Of a stretch of DNA of 64,000 bases, positions 1 through 13,360 are shown one piece after another; position 1 is the stretch's first letter, and each line of letters begins with the position of its first letter. The stretch is from Balanoglossus misakiensis (taxonomy: Eukaryota; Animalia; Hemichordata). The notes beneath the pieces are model-generated. The model saw only the letters and a list, made by a program, of their open reading frames with translations. It did no database searches and was not told where the DNA came from. Made by a program: the position numbers and the translations under genes. The stretch is from positions 9,436,894-9,500,893 of the forward strand of contig CM082589.2 of assembly GCA_040954595.2 (NCBI GenBank), in the 5' to 3' direction.

Positions 1-293
1 AAGTCTTTTTTAATCAAGCTTTCAAGTGAATTGTGATTGCTTTAACCTTATTCGAGCCAAATTGGATTTTCTGAACACTGATGAAAAACAAAGATTTCCT
101 ATTTCTAGCCTACTCATTGATAGCACACAAATTCCATTTTTGGATACAAGTCGGCATATGACTAGAATACGTTACATTTTTGGCAACTTTCACATGTTCT
201 TTGATCCAGTTTTTTTTCAGAATTTGATTAAACAATTTGTTGGCCACTCTCACATGTCCTTTGATCCAGTAATTCTAGAACTTAATTTTATGT

Positions 294-3200
294 GGATATG
301 CCTCTTGTTAAAAAGCACAACAGTCATAATTGTGTTCACATGAGTTTTATTGCTGCCAGGACATAACCCAAATATTTTGATAATTTTGGCAATGACCCTT
401 GATCTACTTGGATATGTCTCTTGTTAAAAAGCACAACAGTCATGATTTTGTTCACATGAGTACTATTGCTGCCTGGACATAACCCAAATATTTTGATAAT
501 TTTGGCAATGACCCTTGATCTACTTGGATATGTCTCTTGTAAAAAAACACAACAGTCATGATTTTGTTCACATGAGTACTATTGCTGCCTGGACATAACC
601 CAAATATTTTGATAATTTTGGCAATGACCCTTGATCTACTTGGATATGTCTCTTGTTAAAAAGCACAACAGTCGTGATTTTGTTCACATGAGTACTACTG
701 CTGCCAGGACATAACCAAAATATTTTGATAATTTTGGCAATGACCCTTGATCTACTTGGATATGCCTCTTGTAAAAAAACACAACAGTCATGATTTTGTT
801 CACATGAGTACTATTGCTGCCTGGACATAACCCAAATATTTTGATAATTTTGGCAATGACCCTTGATCTACTTGGATATGCCTCTTGTTAAAAAGCACAA
901 CAGTCGTGATTTTGTTCACATGAGTACTACTGCTGCCAGGACATAACCAAAATATTTTGATAATTTTGGCAATGACCCTTGATCTACTTGGATATGCCTC
1001 TTGTTAAAAAGCACAACAGTCATGAGTTTGTTCACATGAGTACTATTGCTGCCTGGACATAACCCAAATTATTTGATAATTTTGGCAATGACCCTTGATC
1101 TACTTGGATATGTCTCTTGTTAAAAAGCACAAGAGTCATGATTTTGTTCACATGAGTTTTATTGCTGCCAGGACATAACACAAATATTTTGATAATTTTG
1201 GCAATGACCCTTGATCTACTTTGATATGTCTCTTGTTAAAAAGCACATCAGTCATGATTTTGTTCACATGAGTTTTATTGCTGCCAGGACATAACCCAAA
1301 TGTTTTGATAATTTTGGCAATGGCCCTTGATCTACTTGGATATGTCTCTTGTTAAAAAGCACGACAGTCATGATTTTGTTCACATGAGTTTTATTGCTGC
1401 CAGGACATAACCCATATATTTTGATCATTTTGGCAATGACCCTTGATCTACTTGGATATGTCTCTTGTTAAAAAGCGCAACAGTCATGATTTTGCTCACA
1501 GGAGTTTTATTGCTGCCAGGATATAACCCAAATATTTGGATAATTTTGGCAATGACCCTTGATCTACTTGGATATGTCTCTTGTTAAAAAGCACAACAGT
1601 CATGATTTTGTTCATATGAATTTTATTGCTGCCAGGACATAACCCAAATATTTTGATAACTTTGGCAATGACTCTTGATCTACTTGGATATGTCTCTTGT
1701 TAAAAAGCACAACAGTCATGATTTTGTTCACACGAGTTTTATTGCTGCCAGGACATAACCCAAATATTTTGATAATTTTGGCCATGACCCTTGATCTACT
1801 TGGATATGTCTCTTGTTAAAAAGCACAACAGTCATGATTTTGTTCACATGAGTTTTATTGTTGCCAGGACATAACCCAAATATTTTGATAATTTTGGCCA
1901 TGATCTACTTTCCCATAACTTGCCATGCACAGCAGATACGGCTTTCAAATTTAGAGGACTGGAACACCTAATGCAGTATTAATCTTTAACACAATCATTA
2001 TGTACTTATCCTATTTAAAGTTAACCAATTGAGCTTAGATGTTTGGTTCTTGTTGGACACTTATCAGTTTGATGTCAAAATTTGTTGGCACAAATTTGCG
2101 TGACCTCTGGGTTACTTACCATTTCTCAGCATCCATAACAGATACAGCCTTTGCTTTCTGTTGGAACCATGCTACCCACTTTGGTCACTCCAATGCTGCT
2201 TATAGTTGGGTCTTCTTCATGGCGGCCATATTGGATTTTCTGATAATCTCTAAAAGTGGACATTTTTTTCTAAACTGCAGGGCCAATCAAGTTCTAATTT
2301 ACTGTCCGTTCCAATTTTTTTCAATAATATTTTTAGTAGTCATGTGAATTTGGATTAATTATGGATTTTAGAAAAATCTCATGAAAAATTTCCAAAGTCT
2401 TTTTTAATCAAGCTTTCAAGTGAATTGTGATTGCTTTAACCTTATTCGAGCCAAATTGGATTTTCTGAACACTGATGAAAAACAAAGATTTCCTGTTTCT
2501 AGCCTACTCATTGATAGCACACAAATTCCATTTTTGGATACAAGTCGGCATATGACTAGAATACGTTACATTTTTGGCAACTTTCACATGTTCTTTGATC
2601 CAGTTTTTTTTTCAGAATTTGATTAAACAATTTGTTGGCCACTCTCACAACAGTCATAATTGTGTTCACATGAGTTTTATTGCTGCCAGGACATAACCCA
2701 AATATTTTGATAATTTTGGCAATGACCCTTGATCTACTTGGATATGTCTCTTGTTTAAAAGCACAACAGTCATGATTTTGTTCACATGAGTACTATTGCT
2801 GCCTGGACATAACCCAAATATTTTGATAATTTTGGCAATGACCCTTGATCTACTTGGATATGTCTCTTGTAAAAAAACACAACAGTCATGATTTTGTTCA
2901 CATGAGTACTATTGCTGCCAGGACATAACCCAAATATTTTGATAATTTTGGCAATGACCCTTGATCTACTTGGATATGCCTCTTGTTAAAAAGCACAACA
3001 GTCATGATTTTGTTCACATGAGTACTATTGCTGCCTGGACATAACCCAAATTATTTGATAATTTTGGCAATGACCCTTGATCTACTTGGATATGTCTCTT
3101 GTTAAAAAGCACAAGAGTCATGATTTTTTTCACATGAGTTTTATTGCTGCCAGGACATAACCCAAATATTTTGATAATTTTGGCAATGACCCTTGATCTA

Positions 3201-6200
3201 CTTTGATATGTCTCTTGTTAAAAAGCACATCAGTCATGATTTTGTTCACATGAGTTTTATTGCTGCCAGGACATAACCCAAATATTTTGATAATTTTGGC
3301 AATGGCCCATGATCTACTTGGATATGTCTCTTGTTAAAAAGCACAACAGTCATGATTTTGTTCACGTGAGTTTTATTGCTGCCAGGACATAACCCATATA
3401 TTTTGATCATTTTGGCAATGACCCTTGATCTACTTGGATATGTCTCTTGTTAAAAAGCGCAACAGTCATGATTTTGTTCACATGAGTTTTATTGCTGCCA
3501 GGATATAACCCACATATTTGGATAATTTTGGCAATGACCCTTGATCTACTTGGATATGTCTCTTGTTAAAAAGCACAACAGTCATGATTTTGTTCATATG
3601 AATTTTATTGCTGCCAGGACATAACCCAAATATTTTGATAACTTTGGCAATGACTCTTGATCTACTTGGATATGTCTCTTGTTAAAAAGCACAACAGTCA
3701 TGATTTTGTTCACACGAGTTTTATTGCTGCCAGGACATAACCCAAATATTTTGATAATTTTGGCCATGATCTACTTTCCCATAACTTGCCATGCACAGCA
3801 GATACGGCTTTCAAATTTAGAGGACTGGAACACCTAATGCAGTATTAATCTTTAACACAATCATTATGTACTTATCCTATTTAAAGTTAACCAATTGAGC
3901 TTAGATGTTTGGTTCTTGTTGGACACTTATCAGTTTGATGTCAAAATTTGTTGGCACAAATTTGCGTGACCTCTGGCTTACTTACCATTTCTCAGCATCC
4001 ATAACAGATACAGCCTTTGCTTTCTGTTGGAACCATGCTACCCACTTTGGTCACTCCAATGCTGCTTATAGTTGGGTCTTCTTCATGGCGGCCATATTGG
4101 ATTTTCTGATAATCTCTAAAAGTGGACATTTTTTTCTAAACTGCAGGGCCAATCAAGTTCTAATTTACTGTCCGTTCCAATTTTTTTCAATAATATTGTT
4201 AGTAGTCATGTCAATTTGGATTAATTATGGATTTTTGAAAAATCTCATGAAAAATTTCCAAAGTCTTTTTTAATCAAGCTTTCAAGTGAATTGTGATTGC
4301 TTTAACCTTATTCGAGCCAAATTGGATTTTCTGAACACTGATGAAAAACAAAGATTTCCTATTTCTAGCCTACTCATTGATAGCACACAAATTCCATTTT
4401 TGGATACAAGTCGGCATATGACTAGAATACATTACATTTTTGGCAACTTTCACATGTTCTTTGATCCAGTTTTTTTTTCAGAATTTGATTAAACAATTTG
4501 TTGGCCACTCTCACATGTCCTTTGATCCAGTAATTCTAGAACTTAATTTTATGTGGATATGCCTCTTGTTAAAAAGCACAACAGTCATAATTGTGTTCAC
4601 ATGAGTTTTATTGCTGCCAGGACATAACCCAAATATTTTGATAATTTTGGCAATGACCCTTGATCTACTTGGATATGTCTCTTGTTAAAAAGCACAACAG
4701 TCATGATTTTGTTCACATGAGTACTATTGCTGCCTGGACATAACCCAAATATTTTGATAATTTTGGCAATGACCCTTGATCTACTTGGATATGTCTCTTG
4801 TAAAAAAACACAACAGTCATGATTTTTTTCACATGAGTACTATTGCTGCCTGGACATAACCCAAATATTTTGATAATTTTGGCAATGACCCTTGATCTAC
4901 TTGGATATGCCTCTTGTTAAAAAGCACAACAGTCGTGATTTTGTTCACATGAGTACTACTGCTGCCAGGACATAACCCAAATATTTTGATAATTTTGGCA
5001 ATGACCCTTGATCTACTTGGATATGCCTCTTGTTAAAAAGCACAACAGTCGTGATTTTGTTCACATGAGTACTACTGCTGCCAGGACATAACCCAAATAT
5101 TTTGATAATTTTGGCAATGACCCTTGATCTACTTGGATATGCCTCTTGTTAAAAAGCACAACAGTCATGATTTTGTTCACACGAGTACTATTGCTGCCTG
5201 GACATAACCCAAATTATTTGATAATTTTGGCAATGACCCTTGATCTACTTGGATATGTCTCTTGTTAAAAAGCACAACAGTCATGATTTTGTTCATATGA
5301 ATTTTATTGCTGCCAGGACATAACCCAAATATTTTGATAACTTTGGCAATGACTCTTGATCTACTTGGATATGTCTCTTGTTAAAAAGCACAACAGTCAT
5401 GATTTTGTTCACACGAGTTTTATTGCTGCCAGGACATAACCCAAATATTTTGATAATTTTGGCCATGATCTACTTTCCCATAACTTGCCATGCACAGCAG
5501 ATACGGCTTTCAAATTTAGAGGACTGGAACACCTAATGCAGTATTAATCTTTAACACAATCATTATGTACTTATCCTATTTAAAGTTAACCAATTGAGCT
5601 TAGATGTTTGGTTCTTGTTGGACACTTATCAGTTTGATGTCAAAATTTGTTGGCACAAATTTGCGTGACCTCTGGGTTACTTACCATTTCTCAGCATCCA
5701 TAACAGATACAGCCTTTGCTTTCTGTTGGAACCATGCTACCCACTTTGGTCACTCCAATGCTGCTTATAGTTGGGTCTTCTTCATGGCGGCCATATTGGA
5801 TTTTCTGATAATCTCTAAAAGTGGACATTTTTTTCTAAACTGCAGGGCCAATCAAGTTCTAATTTACTGTCCGTTCCAATTTTTTTCAATAATATTGTTA
5901 GTAGTCATGTGAATTTGGATTAATTATGGATTTTTGAAAAATCTCATGAAAAATTTCCAAAGTCTTTTTTAATCAAGCTTTCAAGTGAATTGTGATTGCT
6001 TTAACCTTATTCGAGCCAAATTGGATTTTCTGAACACTGATGAAAAACAAAGATTTCCTATTTCTAGCCTACTCATTGATAGCACACAAATTCCATTTTT
6101 GGATACAAGTCGGCATATGACTAGAATACATTACATTTTTGGCAACTTTCACATGTTCTTTGATCCAGTTTTTTTTTCAGAATTTGATTAAACAATTTGT

Positions 6201-6481
6201 TGGCCACTCTCACATGTCCTTTGATCCAGTAATTCTAGAACTTAATTTTATGTGGATATGTCTCTTGTTAAAAAGCACAACAGTCATGATTTTGTTCACA
6301 TGAGTACTATTGCTGCCAGGACATAACCCAAATATTTTGATAATTTTGGCAATGACCCTTGATCTACTTGGATATGTCTCTTGTTAAAAAGCACAACAGT
6401 CATGATTTTGTTCACATGAGTACTACTCTGGCAGGACATAACCCAAATATTTGGATAATTTTGGCAATGACCCTTGATCTA
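294..6481. repeat. 116-bp tandem repeat arrays nested in the macro-repeat (294-1905, 2648-3772, 4555-5470, 6254-6481)
   Basis: GATCTACTTGGATATG recurs at 401, 517, 633 and onward, a 116-bp period. The four arrays hold 14, ~10, 8 and 2 copies. Confidence 0.95.
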
Positions 6482-6519
6482 CATTTCCAAAACTTGGCAT
6501 GCACAGCAGATACAGCTTT

Positions 6520-8482
6520 TATTAGCTCTGCTGTCACTTGTGTCAGCCGAGCTGTAGCAGTAGGTTGATAAATGTCCGTCCGTCGTCTGTCGTCCGTCAT
6601 CCGTCATCCGTCGTCCGTCGTCCGTCAACTTTTGGTATTTCAATCTTCTTCTATAAAACTACTTGGCATATTTAGCTGAAATTTGGTTGGAATGTGTGTT
6701 ATGGTGCCCTTACCTGATTTTGTTAATTTGGATTTGATCGGGTCATGAATATGCAAATTAGATCTAAAAATAAAATTTTTGGTAAAAAAATCTTCTTCTC
6801 CCTAACTACATGTACGATGGAGCTGAAATTTGGTAGGAATGTGTGTTATGGTGTCCCTACCTGATTTTTAGCTCTGCTGTCACTTGTGTCAGCCGAGCTG
6901 TAGCAGTAGGTTGATAAGTGTCCGTCCGTCGTCCGTCGTCTGTCGTCCGTCGTCTGTCGTCCGTCGTCCGTCGTCCGTCGTCCGTCAACTTTTTGTATTT
7001 CAATCTTCTTCTTTAAAACAACTGGGCATATTTAGCTGAAATTTGGTTGGAATGTGTGTTATGGTGCCTTTAACTGATTTTGTTAATTTGGATTTGATGG
7101 GGTCATGAATATGCAAATTAGATCTAAAAATAGAATTTTGGTAAAAAATCTTCTTCTCCATAACTACATGTACAATGGAGCTGAAATTTGGTAGGAATGT
7201 GTGTTATGGTGCCCCTACCTGATTTTGTAAATTTGGATTTGATGGGGTCATAAATATGCAAATTAGATCTAAAAATATAATTTTTGGTCAAAAATGTTCT
7301 TCTCCCTAACTACACGTACGATGGAGCTGAAATATGGTAGGAATGTGTGTTATGATGCCCCTACCTGATTTTATAAATTTGGATATGATCGGGTCATGAA
7401 TATGTAAATTAGATCTAAAAATATAATTTTTGGTAAAAAATCTTCTTCTCCCTAACTATTTGTACGATGGACATGAAATTTAGTAGGAATGTGTGTTATA
7501 GTGTCCCTACCTAATTTTGTTAATTTGGATTTGATTGGGTCATAAATATGCAAATTAGATCTAAAAATAGAATTTTTGGTCAAAAATCTTCTTCTCCCTA
7601 ACTACATGTACGATGGCGCTGAAATTTAGTAGGAATGTGTGTTATGGTGCCCCTACCTGATTTTGCTAATTTGGATATGATGGGGTCATAAATATGCAAA
7701 TTAGATCTAAAAATAGAATTTTTGGTAAAAAAATCTTCTCCCTAAATACATGTACGATGGAGTTGAAATTTGGTAGAATGTGTGTTATGGTGCCCCTACC
7801 TGATTTTGTTTTATTGGAGTTTTGATCGGGTCATGAATATGCAAATTAGAACATTGGTACTTCCTTTTGATGTTGTTCTTTAGGAATAAATTCTTTCTTT
7901 CTTTAGCACAATGAATCAAGCTGAATGTGGATATTAAATACTTGTGATGTCTATGTTTGGTTTTGTTTAATAGAATACAATTGTTATGATTAAAACCTAG
8001 GGTATTCATATCATTGCCCAGCTATAGGTTTCACTGTTAAAGTCAGCAGAGCTCTTTTGACCGATAGGTCACTTGTGTTAATTTGGATTTGATCGGGTCA
8101 TGAATATGCAAATTAGATCTAAAAATAAAATTTTTGGTAAAAAATCTTCTTCTCCCTAACTACATGTACGATGGAGCTGAAAATTGGTAGGAATGTGTGG
8201 TATGGTGCCCCTACCTGATTTTGTTAATTGGAATTTTGATGGGGTCATGAATATGCAAATTAGAACCTTGGTACTTCCTTTTGATGTTGTTCTTTAGAAT
8301 TCAATTCTTTCTTTCTTTAGTGCAATGAATCAAGCTGAATTTGGATAAATACTTGTGATGTCTATGTTTGGTTTTGTTGAATAGAATACAATTGTTATGA
8401 ATTAAAACCTAGGGTATTCATATCATCGCCCAGGTTACACTGTTAAGGTCAGCAGAGCTCATTTGACCAATAGGTCACTTGT
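6520..8482 (+). mobile_element. Non-autonomous Helentron/DINE-1-like element, outer copy
   Basis: It has a 5' T-run plus AGCTCTGCTG, a (CGTC)n-type microsatellite and ~146-bp internal repeats. The 3' end has the subterminal inverted copy CAGCAGAGCT, the hairpin TGACC-AATA-GGTCA and terminal CTTGT. It splits the macro-repeat motif GATACAGCTTT|AAATTTAGAGG with no TSD. Confidence 0.8.
6868..8076 (+). mobile_element. Second copy of the same Helentron-like element nested inside the first
   Basis: It has the same 5' end (TTTTTAGCTCTGCTG, ~6870) and 3' end (CAGCAGAGCT..TGACCGATAGGTCACTTGT, 8076). It interrupts the outer repeat sequence CCTGATTTT|GTTAATTTGG. Confidence 0.85.
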
Positions 8483-11149
8483 AAATTTAGAGGACTGGAA
8501 CACCTAATGAAGTGCATGTGTTAACTTTAACACACTAATTATGTATATGAGCTATTTAAAGTTAACCAATAAAGCGTAGAAGTCTGCTTTTTGTTGGACA
8601 CTGATCAGTTTGGTATCAAATTTTGTTGGCACATTTTGCCTCACCTCTGGCGTACTTTACCATTTCTGGGCATCCACAACAGACACAGCCTCTGCTTTCT
8701 GTTGGAACCATGCTTAACACCTTGGTCCCTCCAATGCTACTTTTAGTTGTAATTGTCTTCTTCATGGCGGCCATATTGGATTTTCTAATAAGCTTTAAAG
8801 GTTGACATTTTCATAAACTACAGGGCCAATCAAGTTCTAATTTACTGTGCGGTTGAAAGTTTGATAAAATATCATTCGTGGTCATGTGACTTTTGGTGCC
8901 TTATTGGATTTTTTAAAAATCTCATTCAAAAATTACGAAAATCTTTTTCTAATCAAGTTTTCAAGTGAATTGTGATTGGTTTAACCTTATCAGAGCCAAA
9001 TTGGATTTTCTGAACTCCGATTAAAAGCTAAAATTCCTTTTTTTATCCTACTCATTGAAAGCACACAAATTCTTTCTGTGGATACGAGTCACCATATGAC
9101 TAGAATATGTTACATTTTTTGACAACTTTCATATGTTCTTTGATCCAGTTTTTTTTCAGTATTTGATTAAACAATTTGTTGGTGACTCTCGCATGTCCTT
9201 TGATCCAGTAATTCCATAACTTAATTTTATGTGGATATGGCTCTTGATAAAAAGCTCAACAGTCATGATTTTGTTCAAAGAGTACTACTGCTGCCAGGAC
9301 ATAACCCAAATATTTTGATAATTTTGGCAATGACCTTTGATGTACTTTCCCATAACCTGGCCTGCACAGCAGATACAGCCTTCAGATTTTTAGGCCTTAA
9401 ACACCTAATAAAGTATTAAACTTTAACAAAAAAGTTGTGTACATAAGCTTTTTCTAGTTAACCAATAGAGAATAAAAGTCTGTTTTTTTGTTGAACACTG
9501 ATCAGTTTGATGTCAAAATTTGTTGGCACAAATTTCCGTGACCTCTGGCTTACCTACCATTTCTAAGCATCCACAACAGATACAGAGTTTGCTTTCTGTT
9601 GGAACCATGCTAACTGCTTTGGTCCCTGTAATGCTGCATGTTCCTTTAATTGTCTTCTTCATGGTGGCCATATTGGATTTTCTGATAACCTTTAAAAAAT
9701 GACAGTTCTTTTCAAAAACTACAGGGACAATCAAGTTCGAATATACTGTGCAGTTCAAAGTTTGACAGTAATATTGCTAGTAGTCATGTGACTTAGAATT
9801 CCTTATTAGATTTTTGAAAAATATCATTAAAACACTTTTTCTAATCAAGTTTTCAAGTGAATTGTGATTGGTTAAACCTTATTGGAGCCAAATTGGATTT
9901 TCTGAACAACGATTTAAAACTAAGATTTCCTATTTATGGCCTACTCATTGATAGCACAAACATTATTTATATGTATATGAGTCACTATATGACCAGAATA
10001 TGTTACCATTTTTGGCATATTGCATATGTCCTTTAATCCAGTTTTTTCAACACTTAATAATACAAATTTTAGGCAACTTTCATTTGTCTTTTGATCCAGA
10101 TCTTTCAGAACTTAATTAAAGTTTATTGAAGCCAAATTGGATTTTATGAATTCCGATTAAAAACTTTGATTGCACACCAATTCTTTTTATAGATACGAGT
10201 CACCATATGACCAGAATACGTTGCATTTTTTGGCAACTTTCGCATGTACTTTGATCCATTTTTTTTCAGAACTTAATTATTCGTGGATATGCCTCTTGTT
10301 GAAAAGCAAAACAGTGATGATTTATTTTTCACACGAATAGTACTGCTGCCAGGACATAACCCAAATTTTTTGATAATATTGGCATTGAACTTTGTCCTAA
10401 GTTTGGCACCTGTATTCTTTTCTGAATATCTTATGGCGACTAGACTAATAGCACTAGAGGTTTGGTTTTTGATGTATATGGACAAGTATGGGACTTAGCT
10501 TTTTTTGTTACATTTGGAATCCACTGGACCAATGTTGAGCTTATTAAATATGTGAATATCTAATGCTGAGCTTACCCATATTGTTACAGGTTGAATTTTT
10601 TATGAACATGCTCTACTATTGGACTTAATTTTTTTGCTGAATTTCTTGACCAATGATAACCTTATAAATATGTGCTTACGTAATTGTAGACTAGATAATG
10701 AAGCTTTGAGTCTGGGTTTTCTTGAACATTCACCAGTATGCGATCACATTTTTTTCTGACATTTTTGTTAGCTTTGGTTACCTTTAACCTATTTTCCCTG
10801 CCTTGGCATGCACAGCAGATAACGCCTTCAAATTTTGAGGGCTGGAACACCTAATTACCAGGTTAACCAATAGAGCCAGAAGTCTTGTTTTTCATTTTAC
10901 ACTGATCATTTTGGAAGAAAAATTTGTTGACAATTTTGGGTGAGCTCTTGGTGACCTTTGATCTGCTTTCCTATATACATAGCAGATACAGCATTGGCAC
11001 TCTCTGGTATCCATAGGAACTGCTTTGACCCAGCCAATGTTGGTTGCACTTTAATTTTTTTTCATTAATTGACCATATGTACCCCTTGACCCGCAGTATG
11101 TTGGGTTGGGCTGGCTTGCCAAATTAATCCTATTATTATCATTGATTTC

Positions 11150-11810
11150 ATGCATTTAATTCTTTCATTCTTTTTTTTTGTAGGTCCCACCGGTACTCTT
11201 CTCCTTCTCTCTCTCTTTCTTTCTTTCTTTCTTTTTTTCTCTTCTTTTCTCTTTTTTTTCTTTTTTTCCCTGTAGGCCCCAATGGTAACACCATAATCAA
11301 CCTACTAACGTAAAATTTGATGGATGGATGGAGCGGAGTGTCAACCATAGTCAACCTACTAATATAAACTTTGATGGATGGATGGATGGAGCGGAGCGTC
11401 AACCATAGTCAACCTACTAATATAAACTTTGATGGATGAATGGAGCGGAGCGTCAACCATAGTCAACCTACTAATATAAACTTTGATGGATGGATGGTGG
11501 AGCAGAGCGTCAACCATAGTCAACTTACTAAAATATAAACTTTGATGGATGGATGGTGCCGCGGAGCGTCAACTTAAAGGATGGAGAAGTGGAAGGATGG
11601 AGAAGTGGAGTTTTTCTCTGTTTTTTCCTCTTTTTCTTTCCTGTAGGGCACACTGGTAACACCATAATCAACCAACTAACGTAAAATTTGATGGGAGGAT
11701 GGAGCGGAGTGTCAACCATAGTCAACCTACTAATATAAACTTTGATGGATGGATGGATGGAGCGTCAACCTAAAGGATGGAGAAGTGGAAGAATGGAGAA
11801 GTGGAGTTTC
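11150..11810. repeat. Pyrimidine tract plus ~58-60-bp minisatellite with (GGAT)n, within a ~370-bp duplication
   Basis: GTCAACCATAGTCAACCTACTAATATAAACTTTGATGGATGG is repeated. The block starting ~11268 recurs at ~11638. Confidence 0.85.
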
Positions 11811-11949
11811 AACATAATATCCTCTTGACCGAAATTATAAGATAGAGTAATATAGACGTACAAAACGAGGTGATCGTAATATAAAACTTAATAGTCCAAT
11901 AAATCGGGTTAATAATTGGTAGTGATTACTTGTTTTAAAATTAGGTTAA

Positions 11950-12640
11950 CAGCAATGGCTTTGTGCAGGGTATGATAATAGGTTCCGAAATGTGTATGGT
12001 ATAATAACGGTGAACACATTTGAATTTGGTTTAATAAAAGGGTTACAAATGTGATGATGGTTTTATGGTAAAATTTGAGTGTACACAGGTTATAAAGGGG
12101 TAACAACGGTTGCTTGTATGAAGGGAATAATATTAGGGTAACAAATGTGGTATAAAAAGGTATAACGGGTTTATAATATGATGATGGCTTGTGTACACAG
12201 GTTATAATGGGTATATGAATGAGAAGGGTATAATAATAGTAATAACTGTGTCGGGTTTAATAAGGGTAACAATTGTGCAAGGTATAATAACGATTAATAA
12301 TTGTGGTGATGGCTTATGGTGATATTAAGTATAAAAAGGGTGTTAATATTGATGATGATGACAGAGGTATAATAATGATAAAATGTTAAATAAGTGTCCA
12401 AGGTCTAATAATCATGTTGGTTCATTCATTGGTTAATGTGTATATTTTATGAATAACATGCTATTATTTCTCAGATAGATAGTACTCGTCAGCATCGTTA
12501 TTCGGTGGAATTTCTCGCAACGGTACCCGTGATTGTATTCGCGCATCGACACATTGTACGCGACAGACATGCAGAAAATGTTAGCACAATGTTAGGTTAG
12601 CTTAACCTCCCCACCCCATCCAAATTCCAAATTTAGCTTA
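11950..12640 (+). repeat. Diverged direct repeat, copy 1 (copy 2 at ~34760-35391)
   Basis: Shared strings include GGTTCATTCATTGGTTAATGTGTATATTTTAT, CATTGTACGyGACAGACATGCAGAAAAT and TTAGGTTAGCTT..CCAAATTTAGCT. Confidence 0.85.
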
Positions 12641-13360
12641 GATCATGGGGTGAGAGGAGGAGAGGACAGTTTTTTTTCCCTCTTTTGTAATTGGTATGAG
12701 GTTTTTTAACTGCCCTTTAGGCGCGTAAATTAGATGTGTTATCATACATGTAGTTATCTTGCTTTATTTTAAAACAATTGCGAATGAGCTCTGCGAGATT
12801 ATGTACACGATAGTGTGTTATATAATGCTAAGGTAAAAGTAAACTTAACCCACTAACCCATCACACTATTGTGTGCATAATTAGCAGATGCTATTTTGAC
12901 TGGCCCATTGGTCAACCAAATGACACCTTGTTTCAAAAAGAGCTGAAACTATATTGGTTAACTTCTTTCAGTTTAACCACATGACACATTGTTTCAAATT
13001 GGCCTGCAAGATATGCTACTTGAACTTCCCCCCCCCCCACCCCCACCCCCCAAAAACAATAAATTAGGGATTAATCACTCGCTATATTATGAACATTCAC
13101 ATGAAAATTATGCAACCAAATTAAAGGTATTCTGGAGGCGTCTTCTGATGTCAGGTGGTTCAAATCCACCGATACCTAAGCTGGAAACATAACTTTTCAT
13201 TGGTGTTCATATATGGCGAATAAAACACGCATATTCGTATTATCATATTTCAGAAATGAACGAATTGAAATAGATTCTTTTCGATATGTCACTATAAACT
13301 TTAATCCCATTTCACCCCTTTTACTCAAAATGTAATGTTTAAATAGCAAAGAAGTAATCA

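Larger units (their letters stand above)
1..11075. repeat. Tandem macro-repeat (~0.9-kb basic unit): four near-identical copies followed by diverged copies
   Basis: The unit start AAGTCTTTTTTAATCAAGC recurs at 1, 2395, 4261 and 5960. Near-identical short ORFs recur at 26/2420/4286/5985 and 2039/3905/5604. Diverged copies continue at ~8483-9400, ~9400-10400 and partially to ~11075. Confidence 0.93.

Noticed and set aside
294-6481. CRISPR-like regular repeats
   Set aside because: The units are contiguous tandem copies with no unique spacers, there are no cas genes, and the context is eukaryotic.
26-10850. Repeated short ORFs (MNCDCF.., MFGSCW.., ICCAC/ICCGC Cys motifs on the minus strand)
   Set aside because: Stops and frames differ between copies, the 116-bp period is not a multiple of 3, and no domain is recognisable.
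13027-13051. C-run with G-quadruplex potential and a poly-Pro ORF
   Set aside because: An isolated low-complexity tract with no supporting context.
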